A DNA stretch of 63,778 bases, the filler included, from Octopus bimaculoides (lineage: Eukaryota): assembly GCF_001194135.2 (NCBI RefSeq). It is 4 parts of 3 records of this genome, joined end to end, with 100 filler letters (N's around TTAATTAATTAA, not from the genome) between each part and the next. Parts side by side here need not be neighbours in the genome. Positions count along the whole stretch, not along the records: positions 13,803 to 27,190 come from NC_068989.1; positions 27,291 to 50,357 come from NC_069007.1; 2 more parts are not named here. One strand, written 5' to 3'. Positions 25,535 to 38,900 of the stretch are shown here, piece by piece (the first letter of the stretch is position 1; the number at the start of each line of letters is the position of its first letter). The translations under genes were made by a program, and so were the position numbers. The notes below the pieces were generated by a model, which saw only the letters and a list, made by a program, of their open reading frames with translations, was not told the origin of the DNA and did not search any database.

Positions 25535-28500
25535 GTAAGTGTTCTGTAGTGCAGGGCCGGTACGAAGAAGTGCGAGGCCCAATTGGAGAATTGCCAATAG
25601 GGCCCTTTACTCTACAAAAACTGAACATTGGTGTTTTATGTTTCGTGTAGTAAGCTAGTCTCAGGCAAAAAAGCGTTGAAGATTTGAGGCTCCACCATCA
25701 ACCACAATGATATGTTGAAGTTTGAAAGCTCATATGAAATTTTCAAGATAATTACTGACATTCCGTTTCTCAATTTGTTGTTGGCATTCCGTCGGTTACG
25801 ACGACGAAGGTTCCAGTTGATCCATCAATGGAATAGCCTGCTCGTGAAATTAACGTGCAAGTGGCTGAGCACTCCACAGACACGTGTATCCTTAACGTAG
25901 TTCTCGGGGGAGATTCAGCGTGACACAGAGTGCGACAAGGCTGGCCATTTGAAATACAGGTAAAACAGAAACAGGAAGTAAGAGTGAGAGAGAGTTGTGG
26001 TGAAAGAGTACAGCAGGGTTCGCCACCATCCCCTGCCGGAGCCTCGTGGAGCTTTAGGTGTTTTCGCTCAATAAACACTCACAACGCCCGGTCTGGTAAT
26101 CGAAACCGCGGTCCTACGACCGCGTGTCCGCTGCCCTAACCACTGGGCCATTGCGCATCCACTCCGTTTCTCAATAGGCCTTCTAAAAACAGACTTTTCA
26201 GGCTTTTTTTTTTAAATCTGAGAAGTCTCTGAAAATCATTTTAGAGTCAATGGTTTTCGTATTGTCAATGGCGATGCTATCTATATAGCATCGCCAAATT
26301 ATTTAGTCACTCTTGAGAAATTATTGACCTTAGGTATGTTTTGATGCTTTTGTTTTAAAAACCTCCTTTCACCCGATTCGACTGTTACGGGTATTGTTGA
26401 ATAAATCCTTCAAAGCCATAATCACATTAGTAAAGGTTTAATTCACCATAGCGTCGTCTGCTCAAAGGTGTGCGCGGGGTCCAATTTGAGCAAAAATGCT
26501 TTACTGGTTTAAAGCTGGCCCTGTTTGGTGAAGCAGTGTTCTGGAAGTGTTGTAGACGTACCTGGGTATCTCGAGGTGATTTTGTGTGAATAAAACGGGG
26601 AACGTGGTTGTGGTCATGATGGTGACGGTGATAGTTGTGGTGGTAGTAATAATGGATGCATGTGGTGGTGGGGGTAGTTGTTGTGGTAGTTGCGGTGGTG
26701 GTGTTTGTTGTGAGAGTTATAGTTACGGTTGAAATTGTGGTTGTGATAGTGGTGACGGTTGTGGTAATGGTGGTGGTGCTAGTCGTGGTGGTAATGGTGA
26801 TTGTAACGGTGTGGTGGTGGTGATAGTAGAGGTGTTTTTTGCGGTGGTATAACAATGATTGTGGTTGTAGTTGTGGCTGTCATGTGGAGGCGCAATGGCC
26901 CAGTTGTTAGGGCAGCGGACTCGCGGTCATAGGATCGCGGTTTCGATTCCCAGACCGGGCGTTGTGAGTGTTTATTGAGCGAAAACACCTAAAGCTTCAC
27001 GAGGCTCCGGCAGGGGCTGGTGGCGAACCCTGCTGTACTCTTTCACCACAACTTTCTCTCACTCTTACTTTCTGTTTCTATTGTGACTGTAATTCAAAGG
27101 GGCCAGCCTTGTCACACTGTGTCACGCTGAATATCCCCGAGAACTACGTTAAGCGTACACATGTCTGTGGAGTGCTCAGCCACTTGCACGNNNNNNNNNN
27201 NNNNNNNNNNNNNNNNNNNNNNNNNNNNNNNNNNTTAATTAATTAANNNNNNNNNNNNNNNNNNNNNNNNNNNNNNNNNNNNNNNNNNNNATAGTGATAC
27301 AAGAAGAAAAATGTTGTTCTGGTTGGTCCGGACACAAATGCAATGAACGTAAGTCATTATTGTATTTCTTAACTTTCTTCATTTCTGTCAGGAGATACTT
27401 TATATGGTCATTGCGATTTGCTTGAAATAGTAGCCAAACATCACTCACATTATACCTTACTGTCATAAAAATGGAAGAACTCATCTATTTTATTGTTGTT
27501 GTTGTTGGCACTCCGTCGCTTATGACGTCGAGGGTTCCAGTTGATCCTATCAACGGAACAGCCTGCTTGTGAAATTAACATGCAAGTGGCTGAGCACTCC
27601 ACTGGCAAGAAACAGCAGCCAAATCTCTCAATTAACAGTGAGGTCGTTGCCAGTGCCGCTGGACTGGCTCCGATGCAGGTGGCATGTAAAATACACCATT
27701 TTGAGCATGGCCATTGCCAGTACCGTGTGACTAGCCCGCGTGCCGGTGACACGTAAAAGCACCCACTACACTCTCGGAGTGGTTGGCTTTAGGAAGAGCA
27801 TCCAACTGTAGAAACTCTGCCAGATCAGATTGGAGCCTGGTGCAGCCTTCTGGCTTGCTAGTCCTCAGTCAAATCGTCCAATCCATGCTAGCATGGAAAG
27901 CGGACGTTAAACGAACAATGATAATTTGTAAAAACATAAATCGGAAGGAAGAAGTATGCTGTAAGATGTAGAACAGTATATATTAAAAGGGAAAGGCCAG
28001 ATTATGGGGTTATCTAAGGTTTCCTGTCCATAAGGGGTTTAGCTTTATGGTGTAATACACGCACACACACATTAACTGTCTACCAAATTACATTCACAAG
28101 ATACTGATCAATGGAAGGAGATGGTGGAAGATACTAGCATAAGGCTCAACAGAGTGGAATTGAACTTGCAGCCATATAGTTGCAAACAAACTTTTTCACC
28201 ACACCACTCTGCTTCCAACAAAGTCTATAATTGTTAGAATGTGTTATTGGAATTGTCTTCTCTGATTTATTGAATTAATTTAATAAATTAGATGTGATCT
28301 TGGAGGTAAAATCAAGTTTTGATATTTTCCTCTGCCCTACAGACAACTGAAAAGCAAATTTTCTTTCATTCTTTAAAATTATATTTACAATGAAAACACA
28401 ATTGAAATTCACACTATAAGCAAACTTAATAAGAATTTGCTGCAAAAACAAACTCTTCATTTAAAACCAGATGTCTCCCATAGTGCAGCAGCTACCATTT

Positions 28501-29893
28501 TGTATTTCATACTAAATTTTAAATATTAAGCCCAGCAAAGTTAATAAATAGGTTAGAAATAACTCAAAAGTATATAGCTTGTTTCAAGAACTGTATAAAA
28601 TTGAATCTAATATAGTGTAACAGCTGTTTCTATTTTTCCATCAAATAGTTGCTTTTCTCCACCAGATTATATAGATTAAAAATGCGTAGGAATATCAATC
28701 AAAAGTTGTAGTTGGTCTTATTGTCTAAATACAGTCCATTTTAATGCTACTCCAATGTGTTACAATGCTTATTTCAAAGATATTATGTAGTACAGAATAT
28801 ATTTATAGATTTAAGCCAACACTACAGCTAATACATGGAGGCGCAATGGCCCAGGGGTTAGGGCAGCGGACTCGCGGTCATAGAATCGTGGTTTCTATTC
28901 CCAGACCGGGCGTTGTGAGTGTTTATTGAGCGAAAACACCTAAAGCTCCACAAGGCTCCGGCAGGGGATGGTGGCGAACCCTGCCGTACTCTTTCACCAC
29001 AACTTTCTCTCACTCTTACTTCCTGTTTCTGTTGTGCCTGTAATTCAAATGGTCAGCCTTGTCACATTGTGTCACGCTGAATATCCCCAGAACTACGTTA
29101 AGGGTACGTGTGTCTGTGGAGTGCTCAGCCACTTGCACGTTAATTTCACGAGCAGGTTGTTCCGTTGATCAGATCAACTGGAACCCTCGACGTCGTAAGC
29201 GACGGAGTGCCAACAACAACAGTTAATAGACAGCTGTAAGCACCTTGTCTTCACATATAATATCTAAGGGTAAAATTCTGAATTTAAGGAAACAACTAAC
29301 AATTAATTAATGGGAAAATTTGACCAGTTCAATTGCCATGAAGAATATAAAATCTAATGATTTGTATCTTACCATAAATGTTGCTATTGACACCATCATT
29401 TTACCCCTATTCTCAGACAAATATCAGAGCCAGAAATGTTGGGGTCTACAGTCATTACTACAATTGAATTTACCAAACTCTCCCATGAATGTAATTGCAT
29501 CTAATCTCAAACTTGTTACAAGATGTCCAGAATTAATTTTTATTATTATTTGAGATTAAAACACAGATTTATTTTAACCACTGATTAAACTATTGATATT
29601 CATGCTCTATTACATCAAGTATACTAATTATTAATTATCTTCAAATATTCTTTCATTTCAGCAATTTGTAACCCTCCTTGTGGCAATAATGGCATATGTA
29701 TAGGTCCTAGTAAATGTGATTGCCCACCAGGAATTGTCGGTTATCGATGCCATGACAAACTAAGTGGTAAGTTGTATGATTAAAGATAATTTAAAATTAT
29801 TTAGTTTGGTTATTAATTTTACGGAAAATTCTGAATGTTTTTAATCTCTGGTTATGTCCCAATACTGCTGAGGCAACTTAAAACTGGTCATTG

Positions 29894-29929
<36 letters not shown>

Positions 29930-30012
29930 TAAATTAATTTAATTTTGATTTTTAATAAATTGATTTTTAATAAATTGAGGTTTTTACCTGTAATTTTGGA
30001 TTTTACCCCTAA

Positions 30013-30080
<68 letters not shown>

Positions 30081-33000
30081 GTATATATAAAGCAGTTGTA
30101 TACTGTCAACTTAACGTGACAGTCCCAATAAGGGAATCATATTGTTGATATTTAGCCCTAGGAAGCTGGACCACTTCCTGTCGGCCTTGACATATTTCCT
30201 GTGTCCTTATGTTTGTGAAGGGGAGACAAGCTCCTCCACCAAGCCTAGCCTGCATTCAGGGACATGTTTCTGAGTCTTTGCTCGTCATCAGCCTGAAGTA
30301 GCAACACCAGCTGGCTGAAGATGCCTGTCAAGCTTTCACAAACATATATATTTCTAGTGAAACACATTCACTGATTACAAAAATTAGAAATGATCTAATA
30401 GTCTGATATGAGGGCTCTTGGCTGCTATTTCTAGTAGATCAGATGATCAGTTAGTTTCTGTCTAGTATTAAAGAAATGACAGGTAAATCTCCTCCAGCCC
30501 ATGAGTTGATCTCATAATTGTTTCTTCAGGACCTGCTGCTGCTGTTTACAATTGTGTTGGTAGTGCTTAGAGTAACAACAAGGGTGGTAAGAACAACAAC
30601 AAGAATCGTAATTGTGTTACTAAGAACAAATTCATTAGGAACATTAGGTATTAAAGAAACTATTCTAATCAAATGTTTACAATAGCAAATCAACGATACC
30701 AAAGATTCTTTTGACTGTCAATGTTATATATGGAAGGGATTATGCAGTGGTCTTATAAATGTATTGCTTACAACATCCATCAAATATTCAGAGTTCTAAG
30801 CTACAGTAACAAGCAGTGAAACATGTCTTGCAAACAACTCGCACATGCAAGCGCTACCAGTTGAGAACTCCGCATACCGGAAGCCAGCAAGTGCATAGGG
30901 TCATCAGGAGAGAATGCGCACCATTTCGGGGCCTACCTCTTGACGGCATCAATGCGCACCGGCCCCCCCTCATTGATATGAGGCCCCACTTGCTAGATCA
31001 ACTGGTTATTAAAAACAAAGCTCAATATTTCTCTAGCCATCGCTCATCGTCTCTTTTTAACCAAATCCAGTGGCTAGCCAGCCTTCTCCACTGTAGTTTG
31101 GATATCACCCATGGTGGTATTTACCTTACGATGAGTTAGGCCTAAAGATAACAGCAGTCGTCTCACACTGTGTCCAACAAACTCTTTAAAAAGCTTAAAC
31201 AATGCAATGCTTTGGTCAAGACAATTGCTGAGGCCATTTATCTACTGTCCTTCTACTCCACTGCCCACCAAAAGCTTTTATTCTTTCCTACAGAATACTC
31301 TTCCTTTATAACCATTTTATTCTGCAAATATCAACTATTTTCAGACAGTTTCCATTTACTACTTTATTTCATTGCATGAATTAAGGCATAGAAATACCAG
31401 AATACATTCCTCCCCAAGGCGGCAAGCTGGAAGAATCGGTAGCACGCCGGGCGAAATGCTTAGTGGTATTCGTCTGCCGTTACATTCTGAGTTCAAATTC
31501 TGCTGNNNNNNNNNNGTTACGCACTGGGGTCGATGTAATCGACTTAATCCCTTTGTCTGTCCTTGTTTGTCCCCTCTATGTTTAGCCCCTTGTGGGCAAT
31601 AAAGAAATAAGAATACATTCCTCCTTTTCTTTCAATATTGTGATGGATTTTCATCAATCTTTTTATTTCAGTATCACATTATAACCCTTCAGCATTTAAA
31701 CCGGCCATACCAGGCCAAGATATTTTCAAACCAGCCAGATCTGATCTCTCACACCTTCCCTACAATGACATTGTAAAAATAAACATTCACACTAACGGTA
31801 TCTTGAAGCTATGAGATAATGAATGATTAATTTTTTTTAATTGTGAATAAATAAGCATTACATCTGACAGAATAAACTGAATGCTAAGGGGTTAATCGTA
31901 AAATCATTCATTTTTTTCAGATTCTGACAACAAACATCAATTCTGTTTTATTGAACCCAGTTGCTATGGTGCAGAATATGTGTGTGGAAAAAGTATGACG
32001 TTCAAAGAATGCTGTAGTAAGAATCTAACTGGGAGCTGGGGCATTCCTGGCATAAAGTGTACACCTTGCATTGCTTATGCTCACCGTAAGTTATATCTCT
32101 TTGTTGAATTCTCAGTAAAAATATAAATCCTTAAATTTTCATCTGATTATTTATGGTGGGAGTCCATGACTAATTAGAATATATATAAAAAATAAAAATT
32201 CATAGGCACAGGACTGGCGGTCACTGCTGGAAGGCTTTGATCATTGGTATATTAAATAAAGACTGACATAGAGCTAAAGAACACCAAATTACACCTTACT
32301 GTCTCGAAAAAAAAACAGCTAGGTGTAGGAGTGGCTGTGTGGTAAGTAGCTTGCTTACTAACCACATGGTTCCGGGTTCAGTCCCACTGCGTGGCACCTT
32401 GGGCAAGTGTCTTCTACTATAGCCTCGGGCCGACCAAAGCCTCGTGAGTGGATTTGGTAGACGGAAACTGAAAGAAGCCCGTCGTATATATGTATGTATA
32501 TATATAAATGTATGTATGTTTGTGTGTCTGTGTTTGTCCCCCCAACATCGCTTGACAACCGATGCTGGTGTGTTTACGTCCACNNNNNNNNNNNNNNNNN
32601 NNNNNNNNNNNNNNNNNNNNNNNNNNNNNNNNNNNNNNNNNNNNNNNNNNNNNNNNNNNNNNNNNNNNNNNNNNNNNNNNNNNNNNNNNNNNNNNNNNNN
32701 NNNNNNNNNNNNNNNNNNNNNNNNNNNNNNNNNNNNNNNNNNNNNNNNNNNNNNNNNNNNNNNNNNNNNNNNNNNNNNNNNNNNNNNNNNNNNNNNNNNN
32801 NNNNNNNNNNNNNNNNNNNNNNNNNNNNNNNNNNNNNNNNNNNNNNNNNNNNNNNNNNNNNNNNNNNNNNNNNNNNNNNNNNNNNNNNNNNNNNNNNNNN
32901 NNNNNNNNNNNNNNNNNNNNNNNNNNNNNNNNNNNNNNNNNNNNNNNNNNNNNNNNNNNNNNNNNNNNNNNNNNNNNNNNNNNNNNNNNNNNNNNNNNNN

Positions 33001-34215
33001 NNNNNNNNNNNNNNNNNNNNNNNNNNNNNNNNNNNNNNNNNNNNNNNNNNNNATATATGTATATATATATGTGTGTGTGTGTGCATGTTTGTGTGTCTGT
33101 GTTTGTTCCCCCAACATCGCTTGACAACCGATGCTGGTGTGTTTACGTCCACATAACTTAGCGGTTCGGTAAAAGAGACCAATAGAATAAGTACAAGGCT
33201 TACAAAGAATAAGTCCTGGGGTTCGAATAAAGGCGGTGCTCCAGCATGGCTGCAGTCAAATGACTGAAACAAGTAAAAGAGTTAAAAGAGAGTAAAAGAG
33301 TAGAAAATCTGGTAAACTTGGAAACAATGCCTATATTGACAGAATCATAATTTCAGCTAACTGGACAGAAACTTACACACGGTCACACAGTTGTAGATCT
33401 TCCGGTCAATACAGCATGAGAACTTTCGATGGCAGCTACTACAATTTCGTTGGTAATTGTTCATACAGCCTTGTAGAAATACCAGATATCTGTCAGATTG
33501 AAATCACCTTTAGAGACTGCGAAACATTGTCTACATGTCGAAAGGTCAGTATTTTCTTATAATTTTAATGCTTTCAACTGTTATATTGACTATGCAACAG
33601 CATTGACTTCAAAAGTTTTAGCAAAATTTATGGATGTAGATATGACTTTGTTGCTAAAATGTTCACTTCAGTACAAGGTGATTCAAGGTTGAGCCCCATT
33701 CTGTGGCTCTTTGAGCAAATGTCTACTCTCCAAAAAAAAGGTCACTATTTTGCATACATGCATATTTTGCATGTGAAGGTGCATGGCTCAGTGGTTAGAG
33801 CATTGAACTTACGTCCGTGAGTTTGAATCCTGGACCAGGCTGCGTGTTGTGTCCTTGAGCAAGACACTTTATTTCACATTGCTCCAGTTCATACAGCTGT
33901 AGAAATGAGTTGCAGCATTATTGGTGCCAAGCTTTATCGGCTTTTCCTTTCTCTTGGATAACATCGATGGCATGGAGAGAGGAGGCTGGTATGCATAGGC
34001 GACTGCTAGTCATCCATAAACAACCTTGCCTGGTATTGTGCCTCAGAGGGTAACTTTCTAGGTGCAATCCCATGGTCATTCGTGACCGAAGGGTGTCTCC
34101 GATTTGGCATACAATCACTAATCAACATATCCCAAATTCTGGCCCATAGATATGATATATCTACTCTTTCTCTCTCCTTCTCTCTGCATTTTTTTTTTTA
34201 CCTCTGTTACAGTAT

Positions 34216-34246
<31 letters not shown>

Positions 34247-35880
34247 GGTCCTCAGAGCTGCCTTCATATATCCACACTCATTCATCTGTACTTTTCTCAT
34301 CACCCATAGTGTCTCCCACCTCATTAAAGTACAAATTGCTCCTTGCATTAAATGATATTTGAGACGAGTTAACTTCATTAAGTCACAAACTATAAGTATA
34401 GAGATAAGAGATTGAATTGTAAGTATTCAAAACGTATTACATAACAGGTTTGAATTATAAAAATGTGTTTCTAATTTAGTGCAAACATTTTATCGTAAGT
34501 TCCCTGGATTTATTAAGGATATTACCTGAACATTTTAGTATTTCCCATAATTCAGTGCAGTAAAGTCTACACCCATAGCTATTGTAAGAATATGATAATG
34601 TCTGTTTGATTATGCACCTGGTAATTTAGAATTATCTTTTCATATTCATTAAATCTCACCCAAATTAAAACTTAACATCTTTCAAAAAGAGACATTGAGT
34701 AACGAACTGCTAAATATACCAAAAGAATGGATGGTCACTGCTGGAAGGCTTTTGATCATTGGTATATTAAATAAAGACTAACATAGAGCTAAAGAACACC
34801 AACAACAATCTACAATTTGGGCTGAACCTCACGCACATCATTTGCGGGCTGGGTGGGGACACATGATAGCTATCATACAAGCTTGGATTGGTTTCATGCT
34901 CTTGCTTTATGGGGCTGGGGTCATTCCAAGTTAGTGGTCCCAAAGACATTATTATGTGTAGAGCTAAGCGGTCCACCAGTGCTTTCCATCACTATCAGTT
35001 TCATGTCAGCTCCTCTGCATCTTCAAAGGTGATGTTAAGCCTCCACAATCACATCCAGCCACATCCAGCTACAAGGCCTCTTCTAGCTCACAGCTATTAT
35101 CCACTGTTTCTTTTCTCAGTCTAACTAATAAGAAAAGTATTTTACCAAATATTTAGTATATTGTGGAGATGTACTTGCATAGCAAGCGACCTGATCTGAG
35201 ATCGTGTGCTGGAACGAAAACAATTGCAGCGTGGAAGGTGCTTATAAGCCATTTAAAATAACACACAAAAACCGTTAGATTCACTTCAACATTTAAATTT
35301 AATTTGTCAAAATATTTTCGTCACTTTAGTATATTCTGTTAATTTTATATTTTAGTCCTTAAAAATAACGACTGGTGCAGACGTTGTTTATGCCGAAGGA
35401 CACCACATAGTGATAAACAAACACAAAGTAAATCTTCATCAAGGAATCATAAAAGGAAGTAAGTTATCTTATCTAACTTTGATAATAAATTACCAAGAGC
35501 CCAGGTAAAAACTAACCACAGGTGTAGACCTTGGTGGTAGTAGCAAATATTCATGCTGTGGCTGTGGGGTGAGAAGTTTGTCTCCCAACCACATTGTATT
35601 GTCTCACGGCAAGGCACCTTAGAGAAGTGCCTTCTACTATAGCTTTGGGCCAAACAAAGATTTGAGAGAAAGGATTTGGTAGATAGAAACTCAAAGGCAG
35701 TGAGCTGGCTTAAACATTAGCATGCCGGGCGAAATGCTTAGCGGTATTTTATCTGCCACTACGGTCTGAGTTCAAATTCCGCCGAGGTCGACTTTGCCTT
35801 TCATCCTTTTTGGGGTCGATTAAATAAGTACCAGTTATACACTGGTTTCGATATAATCGACTTAATCCATTTGTCTGTCC

Positions 35881-35918
<38 letters not shown>

Positions 35919-38900
35919 TATTCAAGGCACTGCCTGGAATTGAACTTGGAATCTTGTGGTTAGTAGCCTGTGCTCTTAAGAGCAGTGCCTTGAATAAATA
36001 ATAATGATAATAACATCAGCAAAAAAATACCTTAGGAATGAGAACCCAGGGTTGGGTTCAAAATTCCACCAGGACACCTGATGAAGGCTGGAGATTAAAT
36101 CAGCCGAAATGTTGTGGTAACAACAAACAAGATGAGGACAAATATCCGTCAATTGTAAATAATGTACTGAATTCCTCATCTCTAAAATATAGAACAATTT
36201 TTAAATATTAATCAACTAAAATGAAATCTATTTTAAATTTCCAAAGATTTAATGGTGATCAAGCGATATGACTATGTTGCAATTGAAAGTAGTGCTCCAG
36301 CGATAAGAATTCTGATGGGAAAGAATACCTTTATTGAGGTGACACTTGGAGCTACATTGAAAGGAAACACATGCATTCAGGGACTGTGTGGCAATTATAA
36401 TGGGAATCAAAATGGTGAGTATTAACGTCATTACTTTTTATTGATTATGAGTGCAGACACGGCTGTGTGATCAAGGAGTTTGCTATGTAACAATATAATG
36501 TTACTCTCAATCTCACTGTGGGACACCCTTGTGTTACACATTACACTGTGTAATGAAATTTTAATTTTTTTTTTGTTATTGTTCAGTAAGTGTTATAATT
36601 CCTATTTGCATCTATTTAGAAATCAAAGGAAATGACTACTATTCCCTTCACACTTTGCTCTTGTCCCCTGGACATCAATGCTTTGAAACTGACCTAATTT
36701 CCATTACATTTCAGACAGATTCAGCATTCAGTTGCTGAAGAAGAAATATCGTTATTGCAAATATTCTGCTCAAATACCACAGATTTGCTTGTCAGTTGCT
36801 TGAGCTTAAAACCACTTGAGCATGTCCCTTGGTGGCTGACAATATGTGCATCTCTGATCATGAGCAGGAGTAGTGGGGGAACATCATAGCTATGTATTGA
36901 GAGGATTTCTTTGGGGTTTGAATAAACATAACCAAAGCAAAGTTTGAAGAAAATATTACTATTCTTCATACTTTCTAGGGGTAAGCAAATAGGAAATAAC
37001 AGTTGCTACCCAAAGACAAACACAGTATTTTTATAAGGATATTCAAACAGTTACAGTGGAGGCGCAATGGCCCAATGTTTAGGGCAGTGGACTCGCGGTC
37101 ATAGGATCGCGGTTTCGATTCCCCAGACCGGGCGCTGTGAGTGTTTGCTGAGCGAAAGCACCTAAAGCTCCACGAGGCTCCAGCAGGGGATGGTGGCGAA
37201 CCCTGCTGTACTCTTCCACCACAACTTTCTCTCACTCTTACTTCTTGTTTCTGTTGTGCATGTAATTCAAAGGGTCACACTGTGTCACGCTGAATATCCC
37301 CGAGAACTACGTTAAGAGTACACATGTCTGTGGAGTGCTCAGCCACTTGCACGTTAATTTCATGAGCAGGCTGTTCTGTTGATCGGATCAACTGGAACCC
37401 TCCACGTTGTAAATGACGGAGTGCCAACAACAACAACATTCAATCAGCAGAGTTGTTTGACCTTTTAATGAAATACTCCATGGCATTTCTTTCAATTCTT
37501 TATACTCTAAATTCAAACCCTGTCAAGATGAACTCTGCTTTCCATCTTTTTGGGGGTCATTAATATTATGTAGTATTTCTCATAGTAGGGTCTGTGAGAA
37601 TAGAAAACAGAGCAGACAACAAATTGCCATGTTTAACCCTTTAGCATTTAAAATGGCCAAATCTGGCCCAAACAACCTGCCTATTTTATGTTAAAACCGG
37701 CCAGATCTGGCCTCTCACACTTACCCTGTAATGTTATTATAAAAAATACACAATCACATGATGGGAATCTCAAAGATATAAGATAATGCATGATTAATTC
37801 AAAACAATTTGAAGATATAAGCGTTACATTTGTCAAAGTAATCTGAATGCCAAAGGGTTAATAAAATTAGATGGTCTTTTAAATTTCTAAACTTTTCTAG
37901 TATCATGGCAAAGAAATAAGAATTACGTGAATGCAAATTCTGTTTTGTCTTTTTGTTGGTAAGGAAGAAGCAGGTAAAAAATTCAAAGATTATTCTTTCT
38001 TGACAAGGAAATATTTGTCAGTTTGGGAACCCCACTGCCACTACTTCTGCCCACCAAAATTTCTGACTTATAATACAAATATCAGAAATTATTTTATTGT
38101 TCTTGCTTTTTTCTTGCACATCTTTCTAGGCATTTAATCTGGCGTTTATGTGACCTGAACTTTTACCTAAGGAACTTTTACAGAATGTTAGCCATTCCAA
38201 GAGTAAGGTATACAGCTGTTTCACACATGGTTTATTTCGAAAGACAAATTCAGGATGTCTTTCTGAATTCTTGTTTTTTTTTGGGGGGGGGGGTTCATGA
38301 AGAGGATACTTTGTGAAGATCTTAGAAAGAAAAACAATAAAGTTAACCCCGGTGTGATTTCAACAAATAGTACAGGGAAAATGCTAAGCACCCTAAAGAA
38401 TTTAGTTTGATGTACTTTGAGGAGAATTTAGTCAAGGAATCATATATTTATTTATGCATATTGTTATAAGCAGATGAAGTTTAGAATCCAAACTGACAAT
38501 AATTCTGTGTTTAAAATTCGGATAGGATTTTTAAGTGGGCAGTATTTGGTCAGAGGTAGTTTTGGATAAATTGATGCATTTTACTCCCATTATCTGTATT
38601 CCTTTATTGCTTCCTTAACCATTAGAATCGGAGCACATCAGAACATTTTCTCTTTGTTGTTTACTCACAGATGACTTTACGACACCTGAAAAAATCAAAG
38701 AGGGAAAAGGATACCTGTTTGCTGACTCTTATGCTATAAAAGAAAATAGAGGCCAGGTAAAATTATTCATTTTGATTTAATTTATTAACATTAGTGATTC
38801 ATTTTCTTTTATCTCATAAGAACAGTTTAGGTAGATAAATATAAAGGGTCCCATAATGTCTGTTTTATAAATAGGGATTGATTAAAAATAAGCAACAGAC

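Noticed and set aside
27235-27246. TTAATTAATTAA palindrome as a regulatory or recombination site
   Set aside because: Always embedded in exactly 44+44 N; it is an artificial linker.
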